Shown here: positions 8,924 through 18,845 of the stretch, piece after piece | Layout: each line of letters begins with the position of its first letter | Numbering within the stretch: position 1 is the first letter of the stretch | DNA from: Thermoanaerobaculia bacterium | GTDB lineage: Bacteria; Acidobacteriota; Thermoanaerobaculia; Multivoradales; Multivoraceae | DNA: 64,000 bases | NCBI GenBank assembly: GCA_963666565.1 | Contig: OY762911.1 | Coordinates: 1,248,001-1,312,000 of the forward strand | Direction: 5' to 3' | The notes under the pieces: model-generated | The model's input: only the letters and a program-made list of their open reading frames with translations | What the model was told of the DNA's origin: nothing | The model's database searches: none | Made by a program: the position numbers and the translations under genes

Positions 8924-9895
8924 GTGGCCGAGCGAAGCGCCTCCCACCAGCCCGTCCTCGTCGACGAGACGCTGCGGTTCCTCGCTCCCGAGCGGGGCGG
9001 CTGGTTCGTCGACTGCACGGTCGGCCTGGGCGGCCACGCGGCGGAGTTGCTGCGCCGCCACTCCGCGGCCTCCGTCCTCGGCATCGACCGCGACGCCGAG
9101 GCGCTCCAACGCGCGGCCGCCCGGCTGCGCGAGTTCGGCCGGCGCGCCCGCCTGGTTCACGGCAACTTCGGGTCGATCCGGGAGATCGCGGCCGACGCGG
9201 GGATCGGGAAGCCGGCGGGAGTCCTCGCCGATCTCGGCGTTTCGTCGCTCCAACTGGACCGGCCGGAACGCGGCTTCAGCTTCATGCGGTCCGGGCCGCT
9301 CGACATGCGAATGGACCAGTCGCCCGGATCGGCGGCGAGGACAGCGAGGGACATCGTGAATCTCGAACCCCGGAACGTGTTGGAAACCGTGCTGCGCGAC
9401 TACGGAGAGGAGCGGCAGGCCCGCCGGATCGCGCGCGCGATCGTCGAGCGCCGCCGCCGGCGCCCGATCGAGACGACGGACGACCTGCGCGACCTGGTTC
9501 ACGAGGCGGCCGGCACCTCCAGGGTGCGGCGGGGCCGCGCCGCGCGGCGCGGCGCCCGCTCCATCGACGCCGCGACGAGGACCTTCCAGGCGCTTCGCAT
9601 CGCGGTCAACGAGGAACTGTCGGGCCTCGGAGAGACGCTGGAACGGACGATGAAGCTGCTCGAGCGGGACGGCCGGCTGGTCGTCATCTCGTACCACAGC
9701 CTGGAAGACCGGATCGTCAAGCACCGTCTGCGCGCGGGTGCGCGGGGCGAGGTGGATCCGGTCACCGGCCGGCCCCGCGCCGAGACCCGCCTGATCGAGC
9801 TGATGACGCGGAAACCGATCCGGCCCGAGCCGAGCGAGGTGCAGTACAACCCGAGGTCGCGGTCCGCCCGGTTGCGGGCGGCGAGGCGCCTCTAG
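8924..9895 (+). CDS. rsmH: 16S rRNA m4C1402 methyltransferase
   Basis: HQPVL, DCTVGLGGH, DLGVSSLQLD, GPLDMRM, ISYHSLEDR, NPRSRSARLR. Confidence 0.97.
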   Translation: MAERSASHQPVLVDETLRFLAPERGGWFVDCTVGLGGHAAELLRRHSAASVLGIDRDAEALQRAAARLREFGRRARLVHGNFGSIREIAADAGIGKPAGVLADLGVSSLQLDRPERGFSFMRSGPLDMRMDQSPGSAARTARDIVNLEPRNVLETVLRDYGEERQARRIARAIVERRRRRPIETTDDLRDLVHEAAGTSRVRRGRAARRGARSIDAATRTFQALRIAVNEELSGLGETLERTMKLLERDGRLVVISYHSLEDRIVKHRLRAGARGEVDPVTGRPRAETRLIELMTRKPIRPEPSEVQYNPRSRSARLRAARRL

Positions 9896-9926
9896 CGGCG
9901 CGGGCGGAACATCGGGAACCGGGACG

Positions 9927-10310
9927 GTGAAGACCGGCTACAGCGTCAGCAAGGAGATCTCGAATCCCTTCCTGGTGCGCCAGCGGGACCCCGGCCGCCT
10001 GCTCGGGCTGTGGCGGGTGTTCGCGATCCTGCTGCCGTTCGCCGGCGCGGTCTTCGCCTATACCTGGGTACACGAACAGGGCATCGAGGCCGGCTACCGC
10101 ATCGAGGAACTCGAACGGAACCTCGAGGAGATGCGCCAGCAGGAGCTCCGGCTGGAGCTGGAGGCGACCCGGCTCAGCCGCCCGGAGCGGCTCTCGGCCC
10201 TCGCCCTGGAAGAGCTCGGGATGGCGCCGCCGGCGCTCGACCAGATGGTCTTTCTGAACTCCGAAAGCCTGTCCCTGGTCGAGGCCGGGGCGGCGGAGGC
10301 GGCGCCGTGA
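9927..10310 (+). CDS. ftsL: cell division protein FtsL
   Basis: One TM helix plus coiled coil ending LSRPERL...LGM; lies between rsmH and ftsI. Confidence 0.8.
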   Translation: MKTGYSVSKEISNPFLVRQRDPGRLLGLWRVFAILLPFAGAVFAYTWVHEQGIEAGYRIEELERNLEEMRQQELRLELEATRLSRPERLSALALEELGMAPPALDQMVFLNSESLSLVEAGAAEAAP

Positions 10311-12166
10311 ACTCTCTGGGGCCGCGAGCCCGGAGCGCCCGCCGGCGCTACGTCGGAAGGCTGGCGGTGCTGGTCGCGGTTTCCGGTCTGTGGATGGGCG
10401 CGATCGCCGTACGGCTCTTCGACCTGCAGGTGCGCGGCGCGGAGAAGTACCGCGAGCAGGCCGCGAGGCAGCAGCGGAGCGAGGTCGTTCTGAACCCGAA
10501 GCGCGGGACCATCTACGACGCGCGCGGCCGCCGGCTCGCGGTCTCGGTGGAGACGCGGACGCTCTACGCCGAGACCGCCAAGGTGGCCGACCCGGCGGCC
10601 GTCGCCGCCGCCATCGCTCCCCTGGTCGGCCGCTCGCGGGAGCGGATCGAGGCGCTGCTCGACAAGCGCGGCCACGTGCCGCTGGCGCGCAAGCTCGACC
10701 GCGAGGTGGCCGACCGGATCGACCTGTCCGAGTTCCCCGGCCTCTACTTCCTCGGCGAGAGCAAGCGCCAGTACCCGATGGGCAGCCTGATGGCCCACGT
10801 GCTCGGCTTCGTCGGCACGGACCGCAGCCTCGCCGGCCTGGAGTACCGCTACGACACGGAAGTGGCGGGCGAGGCGGTCCGCAGGCATGTGCTCCGCGAC
10901 GGCCAGCAGCGGGTCGTCGTGGTCGCCGGTTCGCTGGGCGAACCGAAGCCGGGCGCCGACCTCCACCTGACGGTCGACGCGACGATCCAGCACCTCGCCG
11001 AGCGGGCGCTGCGGGAGACGATCGAGTCGTTCGGCGCCAGCGCCGGCAGCGTCGTCATCCTGGCCCCCGAGGACTCGGCCGTGCTGGCGATGGCCTCCCA
11101 TCCGACCTTCGACCCGAACCGGTTCGGCGACTTCGGCCCGAACGAGCGCCGCAACCGCGCGCTCCAGGACTCGTACGAACCCGGTTCCACCTTCAAGACG
11201 ATCACCGCGGCCGGCGCCTTCGAGCGGGGCGTGGTCCATCCCGACCAGATCATGGACTGCGGCATGGGGCGGATCCGGGTCGGCAAGGCGCTGATCAAGG
11301 ACCACAAGCCGTTTCCCGAGCTGACGTTCCGCACCGCGATCGCCAAGTCCAGCAACGTCTGCGCGATCAAGGCGGGCGGCCTGACCGGATCGGAGACGAT
11401 GCAGCAGCTCGTGACGACATTCGGCTTCGGCGCGGTCACCGGCATCGACCTCGACGGCGAGCACCCCGGCATCGTGCCGCTGCGGGTCTGGGACGAGGAG
11501 ACGACGGCGTACGTCTCGTTCGGCCACGGCCTGGCGGTGACGCCTCTCCAGCTCGCGAACGCTTACGCGGCGATCGCCAACGGCGGGGTCTGGAACCGGC
11601 CCTACCTCGTGCGGTCGATGGAGCGGGAGGGCCAGGTCGTCGACATGCGGCCCGCGGACCGCGGCCATCGCGTGATCTCCAGGTCGACCGCGTACCGGGT
11701 GGTCCGGCTGCTTGAGGAGGTCGTGGTCAGCGGCACCGGCCGGAAGGCCGCGATCGCGGGCTACCGGGTGGCCGGCAAGACGGGCACGGCCGAGAAGTCG
11801 GACGCCTCGGGTTACTCGGAGACCGGCCGCGTCGCCGGCTTCGTCGGCATCGCGCCGGCGCGGGCGCCGCGCCTGGTCTGCCTCGTGATGATCGACGAGC
11901 CGACCGTCTCCACCTCCGGCGGCGAGGTGGCGGCGCCGGCCTTCCAGCGCATCATCAGCGAGGCGCTGTTCTACCTCGGCGCCACGCCGTCGCGCCAGCC
12001 GATGGGCTGGGGCCAGCCGGTCTGGCTTCAGCCGGCCCCCGAGCCGTCCGAGGCGCAGCCGGAAGTCCGGGTGGCCGCCGCGGCGGAGCAGGCGGCGGAA
12101 CAGACGGCGGAACAGGACGACGCGGAGGCGGAGGGCGAGCCGTGGACGGCGGCGGGATCGAGCTGA
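10307..12166 (+). CDS. ftsI: penicillin-binding protein 3 (class B)
   Basis: RGTIYD, EPGSTFK (SxxK), SSN, KTGT; GTGA overlap with ftsL. Confidence 0.95.
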   Translation: MNSLGPRARSARRRYVGRLAVLVAVSGLWMGAIAVRLFDLQVRGAEKYREQAARQQRSEVVLNPKRGTIYDARGRRLAVSVETRTLYAETAKVADPAAVAAAIAPLVGRSRERIEALLDKRGHVPLARKLDREVADRIDLSEFPGLYFLGESKRQYPMGSLMAHVLGFVGTDRSLAGLEYRYDTEVAGEAVRRHVLRDGQQRVVVVAGSLGEPKPGADLHLTVDATIQHLAERALRETIESFGASAGSVVILAPEDSAVLAMASHPTFDPNRFGDFGPNERRNRALQDSYEPGSTFKTITAAGAFERGVVHPDQIMDCGMGRIRVGKALIKDHKPFPELTFRTAIAKSSNVCAIKAGGLTGSETMQQLVTTFGFGAVTGIDLDGEHPGIVPLRVWDEETTAYVSFGHGLAVTPLQLANAYAAIANGGVWNRPYLVRSMEREGQVVDMRPADRGHRVISRSTAYRVVRLLEEVVVSGTGRKAAIAGYRVAGKTGTAEKSDASGYSETGRVAGFVGIAPARAPRLVCLVMIDEPTVSTSGGEVAAPAFQRIISEALFYLGATPSRQPMGWGQPVWLQPAPEPSEAQPEVRVAAAAEQAAEQTAEQDDAEAEGEPWTAAGSS

Positions 12167-13731
12167 TGCGGCTCGGCGACGCGGTCGCCGGCCTGCCCCT
12201 GCGCTCCGGGCTGGGCGCACCCGCGGCCGACACCGAGGTCACGGGAATCCAGCACGATTCCCGACGCGTCGGCGGCGGCGACCTGTTCGTGGCGTGGCGC
12301 GGCGAGGTCCACGACGGCCGCGCCTTCGCGGCCGCCGCGGTCGCCCGCGGCGCCGCCGCGGTCCTGGCGTTCGGCCCGCCGCCGGCCGCGACGGCCGCGC
12401 CCGCCGTGCCGTGGCTGGAGGTCGACGATCCGCGGCGCCGAATGGGGCCGGTGGCGGCCAGGCTCCACGGCCACCCCGAGCGGGAACTCCTGACCGTCGG
12501 CGTCACGGGCACGAACGGTAAGAGCACGACCGCGCAGTTGATTGGCGCTTGCCTGAACCGCGCCGGCCGTCCCGCCGCTGTGATCGGGACCCTCGGCCGG
12601 AGCGTGTGCCGGCCGGGCGCCGGGGCGTCCGGGACGACCGCGCTGAGTGCCGCCGCCTCCGGCCGGACGACGCCCGAGAGCAGCGACCTGTTCCGGATGC
12701 TGCGACGGGCCGTCGACCTGGGGGCGCGCTCCGCGGCTGTGGAGGTCTCGTCCCACGGCCTCGACCAGGGCCGCCTGAACGGGATGAGTTTCGACGCCGC
12801 CGTGTTCACGAACCTCACGCGCGACCACCTCGACTACCACGCCTCGATGGAGGCCTACTACGGGGCCAAGCGGCGGCTCTTTTCGCTGCTTCGCTCGGGC
12901 GGCCGCGCGGTCGTCAACGTCGACGACGAGTACGGGCGGCGGCTGGCGGGCGAAGTGGGGGAGGCGGCCGAGGTCTGGCGGTACAGCGCCGCCGGCCGGA
13001 GCGGCGCGGACGTGCGCGTCGTCCGGTCGGAACTCGATCTCCAGGGCATCCGGGCCGAGCTCGAGACGCCCGGGGGCCCTCTCCCGCTGACGAGCCGGCT
13101 GCTGGGCCGGTTCAACCTGGAAAACCTGACGGCGGCGGTGGCCGCCGCGAGCGCCCTGGGGCTGCCGGACGAGGCGGTCCGTGCCGCGGTGGCGGCGGAG
13201 AAGCCGCTGGACGGCCGGCTGGAACCGGTGGACTGTGACCAGGGGTTCCCGGTGCTCGTCGACTACGCCCACACGGACGACGGCCTGCGCGCCGCGATCG
13301 AGGCGATCCGCGAACTCTGCTCGCGCCGCATCCTGGTCGTGTTCGGCTGCGGCGGCGACCGGGACCGGGGCAAGCGGGAGCTGATGGGACGGGCCGTGGG
13401 CGAGGGGGCGGACTTCGCCATCGTCACCGACGACAATCCGCGGACCGAGGACCCGGTGCGGATCCACCGGGCGATCGTGGCCGGCATGGAGGCCGCCGGC
13501 GACTGCCGCCGCGAGGTCGTGCCGGACCGCCGGGAGGCGATCGGCCGCGCCGTGGCGCTGGCCGCGGCCGAACCGGGGTGGGCGGTGCTGATCGCTGGCA
13601 AGGGCCACGAGAGGACGCAGACGATCGGATCGCGGAAGCTGCCCTTCCGCGACCGGGACGAGGCCCGGCGGGCCCTGACCGCGCTGAGCGCCTCCGGGTT
13701 GCCCGGAGGGCGGAAGGCGCCTGCGAGGTGA
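12166..13731 (+). CDS. murE: UDP-MurNAc-tripeptide synthetase (meso-DAP type)
   Basis: GVTGTNGKST, EVSSH, TNLTRDHLDYH, DDNPR. Confidence 0.96.
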   Translation: MRLGDAVAGLPLRSGLGAPAADTEVTGIQHDSRRVGGGDLFVAWRGEVHDGRAFAAAAVARGAAAVLAFGPPPAATAAPAVPWLEVDDPRRRMGPVAARLHGHPERELLTVGVTGTNGKSTTAQLIGACLNRAGRPAAVIGTLGRSVCRPGAGASGTTALSAAASGRTTPESSDLFRMLRRAVDLGARSAAVEVSSHGLDQGRLNGMSFDAAVFTNLTRDHLDYHASMEAYYGAKRRLFSLLRSGGRAVVNVDDEYGRRLAGEVGEAAEVWRYSAAGRSGADVRVVRSELDLQGIRAELETPGGPLPLTSRLLGRFNLENLTAAVAAASALGLPDEAVRAAVAAEKPLDGRLEPVDCDQGFPVLVDYAHTDDGLRAAIEAIRELCSRRILVVFGCGGDRDRGKRELMGRAVGEGADFAIVTDDNPRTEDPVRIHRAIVAGMEAAGDCRREVVPDRREAIGRAVALAAAEPGWAVLIAGKGHERTQTIGSRKLPFRDRDEARRALTALSASGLPGGRKAPAR

Positions 13732-15242
13732 GACGGCAACTTGCCGACGCGGCCGTGGTCATGAATGGAGCGCTCATCGGAGATGTCGACGCAGGCGCCT
13801 GCTACCGCGGCGCCGCCATCGACTCGCGCCGGGTCGAGGGCGGCGAACTCTTCTTCGCGCTGCCCGGCGAGCGGACCGACGGTCACCGCTTCGTCGCCGC
13901 GGCGCTTGCCGCGGGCGCGGCGGCGGCGGTGGTCAGAACGCCGGTCGAAGACGCTGGCGGCCCGCAGGTCCGGGTCGGCGACGTGACGGAGGCGCTCCAC
14001 GAACTCACCCGCGATCACCGCCGCCTGCTCGACATCCGCGTCGCCGCGGTCACGGGTTCGGCCGGCAAGACGACGACGAAGGACCTGCTCGCCCTGCTGC
14101 TGGGCGAGCGCTGGCGGGTGCGGAAGAGCCTGGGCAACCTGAACAATCTGCTCGGCTTCCCGCTCACCCTGCTGGCCACCGGCGCCGACTGCGAGTGGCT
14201 GGTGGCCGAGATGGGGATGTCGACGCCCGGCGAGCTGGCGGCGGTGAGCCGCCTGGGACAGCCCGACGTGGCGGTGTTCACGAACGTCCGGCCCGCGCAC
14301 CTCGCCGGCTTCGAGGAACCCGGCGGCGACGCCGCGGGCGTCGAGGCGATCGCGCGGGCCAAGGCGGAACTGCTGGAAGGCCTCGCCGAGGACGGACTGA
14401 TCGTCGCCAACGCCGGCGACCCCCGGGTCGTCGGCCTGGTCGAACGCTACCTGGCCGCCCGCGGCGAAGAGCCTGGGGCCGGCGCGGCGGAAGACGGCGA
14501 ACGCCGGAGGCGAGGAGGCGTCGAAGGCGCGCCGGCCGGGGAACGCGTCGTCTGGTACGAGCTGGAACCGGCGGCCGGCGAGACGCCGCGCGCGGCGGTC
14601 GCGGCCCGCGGGGTCGAGCCGCTGGCGGAAGGGCCGGGCACACGGTTCACGCTGGAGCACCGGAGGGCGCCGGCGACGGTCGAGGCGACGGTCGAACTGC
14701 CGCTCCACGGCAGGGTGAACGTCGAGAACTTCCTCGCCGCCGCGGCGTGCGCCCTGACCCTGGGCGTGCCGATCGAAGCCGTCGCGGCGGCGGCGCGCCG
14801 GGCCCCGGCCGCTGCCGGCCGCGGCCAGGTCGTGCCGCTGCCGTCGGGCGCCACCCTGGTCGACGACTCCTACAACTCGAACCCGGAAGCGGCGCGGCTG
14901 GCGCTGGAGGCGGCGCGCCTGCTCGACGGCCGGCGCCACGTGGCGGTCCTGGGCGACATGCTGGAGCTGGGCGCCGCCGAGCGCCGCTACCACCGGGAGC
15001 TGGGCGGCGCCGCGGCGGAACTCGGTTTCGGACTGGTGGCCGGCGTCGGCGAACTCGCGACGGAGACGGTCGCGGCGGCCCGCGAGGCCGGCGTGGAGAC
15101 GGCCTGGTTCGAGGACGCGCGGGTGGCGGCCGCCGGCGTGCCGGCGCTGATCGGCGACGGCGACGTCGTCCTGGTCAAGGGCTCGCGCGGGGCGGCCCTG
15201 GAGCGAGTCGTCGAGGCGCTGGCCGGAGAGAGGCCGAACTGA
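13728..15242 (+). CDS. murF: UDP-MurNAc-pentapeptide synthetase
   Basis: VTGSAGKTTTK, EMGM, DDSYNSNP, LGDMLELG, LVKGSRG. Confidence 0.96.
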   Translation: MRRQLADAAVVMNGALIGDVDAGACYRGAAIDSRRVEGGELFFALPGERTDGHRFVAAALAAGAAAAVVRTPVEDAGGPQVRVGDVTEALHELTRDHRRLLDIRVAAVTGSAGKTTTKDLLALLLGERWRVRKSLGNLNNLLGFPLTLLATGADCEWLVAEMGMSTPGELAAVSRLGQPDVAVFTNVRPAHLAGFEEPGGDAAGVEAIARAKAELLEGLAEDGLIVANAGDPRVVGLVERYLAARGEEPGAGAAEDGERRRRGGVEGAPAGERVVWYELEPAAGETPRAAVAARGVEPLAEGPGTRFTLEHRRAPATVEATVELPLHGRVNVENFLAAAACALTLGVPIEAVAAAARRAPAAAGRGQVVPLPSGATLVDDSYNSNPEAARLALEAARLLDGRRHVAVLGDMLELGAAERRYHRELGGAAAELGFGLVAGVGELATETVAAAREAGVETAWFEDARVAAAGVPALIGDGDVVLVKGSRGAALERVVEALAGERPN

Positions 15243-16318
15243 TGCTTCTCGACCTGCTGCTGCCGCTCGGCGAGAGGATGGCGCCGTTCAACGTCGTCCA
15301 GTACATCACCTTCCGTTGCGCCTGCGCGGCGCTGACCGGGGTCGTGCTCAGCCTGCTGCTGGGCCCCAGCTTCATCCGGGCGGCGCGCCGGCTCTCGATC
15401 GGCCAGACGATCCGCGAGGAGGGGCCGGAGCGGCACAAGAGCAAGGCGGGCACGCCGACGATGGGCGGACTCCTGATCCTCACCGCCGTCATCGTGCCGA
15501 CGCTGCTGTGGTCGGACCTCTCGAACGTTTACGTCTGGCTGGCCGTCGGGACGACGGTCGCGCTCGGCGCCGTCGGCTTCGCCGACGACCTGATCAAGGT
15601 GAGGCGGCGCCACAACGGCGGGCTGAGCATGAAGGCGAAGTTCGGCCTGCAGCTCGTGGTGGGCGCCGCTCTCGGCGCCGCGCTCGTCAACTTCACGGAA
15701 CTCGACGCGACCCTGAGCTTCCCGTTCTTCAAGACCCTGATCCTCGAACTCGGGGTCTTCTACGTCCCGTTCGTGGCGATCCTGATCGCGGGGTCCTCGA
15801 ACGCGGTGAACCTGACGGACGGTCTGGACGGGCTGGCCATCGGGGCGACGCTGGTCGCCGCCGCCACCTACGCGATCTTCGCCTACATCGCGGGCAACTC
15901 GATCGCCTCCGGCTACCTGCAGGTCTCCTACGTGCCGGGCGCCGGCGAGGTCGCGATCATCTGCTCCGCCCTGGTCGGGGCCAGCCTGGGCTTCCTCTGG
16001 TTCAACGCCCATCCGGCGCAGGTGTTCATGGGCGACGTGGGATCGCTGGCGATCGGCGGCACGATCGGGGCGGTCGCGGTGCTCTCGAAGCAGGAACTGC
16101 TGCTGGTCCTGGTCGGCGGGCTGTTCGTCCTGGAGGCGCTGTCGGTCATCGTCCAGGTAGCGTCGTTCAAGACGACCGGCCGGCGGGTGCTGCGGATGGC
16201 GCCGCTTCACCACCACTTCGAACTCCGTGGCTGGAGCGAGAACCAGGTCATCGTCCGGTTCTGGATCCTCGCCGTCCTGTTCGCGTTCCTGGGTCTCTCG
16301 ACCCTGAAGCTGAGGTAG
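15242..16318 (+). CDS. mraY: phospho-MurNAc-pentapeptide transferase
   Basis: KAGTPTMGG, NAVNLTDGLDGL, FMGDVGS, MAPLHHHFE. Confidence 0.97.
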   Translation: MLLDLLLPLGERMAPFNVVQYITFRCACAALTGVVLSLLLGPSFIRAARRLSIGQTIREEGPERHKSKAGTPTMGGLLILTAVIVPTLLWSDLSNVYVWLAVGTTVALGAVGFADDLIKVRRRHNGGLSMKAKFGLQLVVGAALGAALVNFTELDATLSFPFFKTLILELGVFYVPFVAILIAGSSNAVNLTDGLDGLAIGATLVAAATYAIFAYIAGNSIASGYLQVSYVPGAGEVAIICSALVGASLGFLWFNAHPAQVFMGDVGSLAIGGTIGAVAVLSKQELLLVLVGGLFVLEALSVIVQVASFKTTGRRVLRMAPLHHHFELRGWSENQVIVRFWILAVLFAFLGLSTLKLR

Positions 16319-16321
16319 CCG

Positions 16322-17776
16322 GTGGGACTCGACGCGAGCCGTTCCGGGAATCCCGCCGCGCCGCCGGTTGCCGCGTGGCGGAACGCGCTGGTCTACGGCC
16401 TGGGCCTGTCGGGGGTCGCCGCCTCGCGGGCGCTCGCCGACCGGAACGTGCGCGTGGCGGCGGTGGACGGCCGCCCCGCCGCCGACCTGGGAGCGGCCGC
16501 CCGCGAACTGCTGCGAACCGGCCGGGTCGACGGTCTCGTCGCCGAGGAGGGGGCCGGGTTGCCGCCCGGCATCGACGCGGTCGTGCTGAGCCCCGGCGTG
16601 CCGCCGGACCGGCCGCTGCTGCGGGCCGCCCGCGCCGCCGGCGTGCCGATCCTGGCCGAGGTCGAGCTCGCCTGGCGCCTCCTGGAAGCGTCGTCGGCGC
16701 CGACCGTGGTCGGGGTGACCGGCAGCAACGGCAAGAGCACGACGACCGCGCTCGCCGGGGCGCTGCTGGAGGCGGCGGGACATCCGGTCGAGGTCTGCGG
16801 CAACATCGGCACGCCGCTCTGCGCGCGGGTCGACGGGCCGCCGGGCCGGGTCTTCGTCGTGGAGCTGTCGAGCTTCCAGTTGGAGGCGGTCGACCGGTTC
16901 CGTCCCCGCGCGGCGGCGCTTCTGAACATCAGCCCCGACCATCTCGACCGCTACGCGAACGTCGCGGACTACGCCGCCGCGAAGGCGCGCATCTTCGGCC
17001 GGCAGGCCGCCGGCGACGTCGCGGTGGTGAATGCCGACGACGGCGAGGCGCGCCGCTGGAGCGACGGGCGAGGCGGCGTGCCGGCCCCGGTCAGGCGGCG
17101 CTTCTTCTCCCGGCTGCGCCAGGTCGAGGACGGCTGCTACCTCGACCGCGACCGGGTGATCGAGGTCGGGCCGGAGTTCCGGCGCGAGCTGTTCCGGCTC
17201 GACGACCTGGCGCTCGACGGCCTGCACAGCGTCGAGAACGCGATGGCGGCCGCCCTCCTCGCCTCGGCGGTCGGCGCCGATCCGGGCCGCTTCCCGCCGG
17301 CGTTGCGCGCGTTCGAGGGCCTGCCGCACCGGATGCGGCTGACGGCGACGGTCGGCGGCGTCCGCTACTACAACGATTCGAAGGCGACGAACCCGGCGGC
17401 GGCGATGAAGGCGCTGGCCGGGTTCGAGGACGGCAGCGTCCACCTGATCCTCGGCGGCCGGGCGAAGGGCGAGAGCGCTGCCTTCGCCGGCCTGGCGTCG
17501 CTGGCCGGGGCGAAGGCGAAGGCGGTCTACCTGATCGGCGAGGCGGCGCCGGCGATCGCCTCCGTGCTTCCCGCCGCCGCCGCGCGCCGCCGGTGCGGCA
17601 CGCTCGACCGGGCGGTCGAGGAGGCGTCGGCGGCCGCGAGCCCGGGAGAGGCGGTGCTGCTCTCGCCGGCCTGCGCCAGCTTCGACCAGTTCGAGGACTT
17701 CGCGCAGCGCGGACGCCGCTTCGAGGAGCGGGTCCGGGCGCTCGCCGCGGCCGGCCGGGAGGGCGCCGATGGCTAG
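16322..17776 (+). CDS. murD: UDP-MurNAc-L-Ala-D-Glu ligase
   Basis: GLGLSG, GSNGKSTTT, ELSSFQL, NDSKATN, LLSPACASFD. Confidence 0.97.
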   Translation: MGLDASRSGNPAAPPVAAWRNALVYGLGLSGVAASRALADRNVRVAAVDGRPAADLGAAARELLRTGRVDGLVAEEGAGLPPGIDAVVLSPGVPPDRPLLRAARAAGVPILAEVELAWRLLEASSAPTVVGVTGSNGKSTTTALAGALLEAAGHPVEVCGNIGTPLCARVDGPPGRVFVVELSSFQLEAVDRFRPRAAALLNISPDHLDRYANVADYAAAKARIFGRQAAGDVAVVNADDGEARRWSDGRGGVPAPVRRRFFSRLRQVEDGCYLDRDRVIEVGPEFRRELFRLDDLALDGLHSVENAMAAALLASAVGADPGRFPPALRAFEGLPHRMRLTATVGGVRYYNDSKATNPAAAMKALAGFEDGSVHLILGGRAKGESAAFAGLASLAGAKAKAVYLIGEAAPAIASVLPAAAARRRCGTLDRAVEEASAAASPGEAVLLSPACASFDQFEDFAQRGRRFEERVRALAAAGREGADG

Positions 17777-18845
17777 GAAGCTCGCGACCGACAAGGTCCT
17801 CTTCACGGTCGTCGTGCTGCTGATGGTGGCGGGCCTCGTGATGGTCTACTCCGCCAATCCGCCGGACCCGGACGGCGGCTTCAAGCGCCAGTTCGTCACC
17901 CAGTTGCTGGCGGCGGTCGTCGGCCTCGGGGCGATGCTGGTCCTGATGAACATCGACTACCGGCGCTGGGCGAAGCCGTGGCTCGTCTACGCCGGTCTCG
18001 GCGCGTCGCTCGTGCTGCTCGTCGTCGTGCTGGCGTCGGCGCCGATCAACGGCAGCAGCCGCTGGCTGTCCGTCGGGCCGCTGACCTTCCAGCCCTCCGA
18101 GCTGGCCAAGATCGCGGTCGTCGTCTTCCTCGCCTACCAGATCCACCACTGTCCGGAGGGCGTCAGCCGGCCCCGGGTGCTCGTGCCGTGCGGCATCGCG
18201 GTGGGACTCGTGACGCTGCTCGTCCTCCAGGCGCCCGACTTCGGCAGCGCCGCGCTGATCCTCGGGATCGCCGGCGTCATGCTGTTCCTGGCGGGCCTCT
18301 CGTGGCGCTGGATCGTGCCGGCGATGCTCGTTCTGCCGGCCCTCTTCGCTCTCTTCATCTGGGCCGAGCCCTACCGCAGGGAGCGCCTGCTCGGCTTCCT
18401 CTCGCCCGAGACCGATCCCTCGGGCAACGGCTTCCAGGTGCTGCAGTCGGCGATCGCCATCGGATCGGGCGGCCTGACCGGCCAGGGCCTGGGGGAGAGC
18501 GCCCAGAAGCTCTACTTCCTGCCGCTCGCCACGTCGGACTTCATCTTCTCGATCGTCAGCGAGGAACTGGGGCTGATCGGGGCCGCGGCGGTGCTGGCCG
18601 CGTTCGCGGTGCTGGCCTGGCGTGGCTACGTCGCCGGGCACCGCGCCCCGGACGTGTTCGGCCGCTTCCTCGCCTGGGGGCTGACTTCGGCCGTCCTGAT
18701 CCAGGCCCTCGTCAACGTCAGCGTCACCGTCGGACTCGTTCCGGTGACGGGCACTCCGCTGCCGTTCCTCTCGCACGGGGGTTCGTCCCTCGTCATGACC
18801 CTGGTCGCCTGCGGCCTGCTGTTGAGCGTCTCGGAGCATGGATGA
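17769..18845 (+). CDS. ftsW: SEDS peptidoglycan polymerase FtsW
   Basis: FQPSELAK, PDFGS, TSDFIFSIVSEELG, PVTGTPLPFLSHGGSS. Confidence 0.95.
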   Translation: MARKLATDKVLFTVVVLLMVAGLVMVYSANPPDPDGGFKRQFVTQLLAAVVGLGAMLVLMNIDYRRWAKPWLVYAGLGASLVLLVVVLASAPINGSSRWLSVGPLTFQPSELAKIAVVVFLAYQIHHCPEGVSRPRVLVPCGIAVGLVTLLVLQAPDFGSAALILGIAGVMLFLAGLSWRWIVPAMLVLPALFALFIWAEPYRRERLLGFLSPETDPSGNGFQVLQSAIAIGSGGLTGQGLGESAQKLYFLPLATSDFIFSIVSEELGLIGAAAVLAAFAVLAWRGYVAGHRAPDVFGRFLAWGLTSAVLIQALVNVSVTVGLVPVTGTPLPFLSHGGSSLVMTLVACGLLLSVSEHG

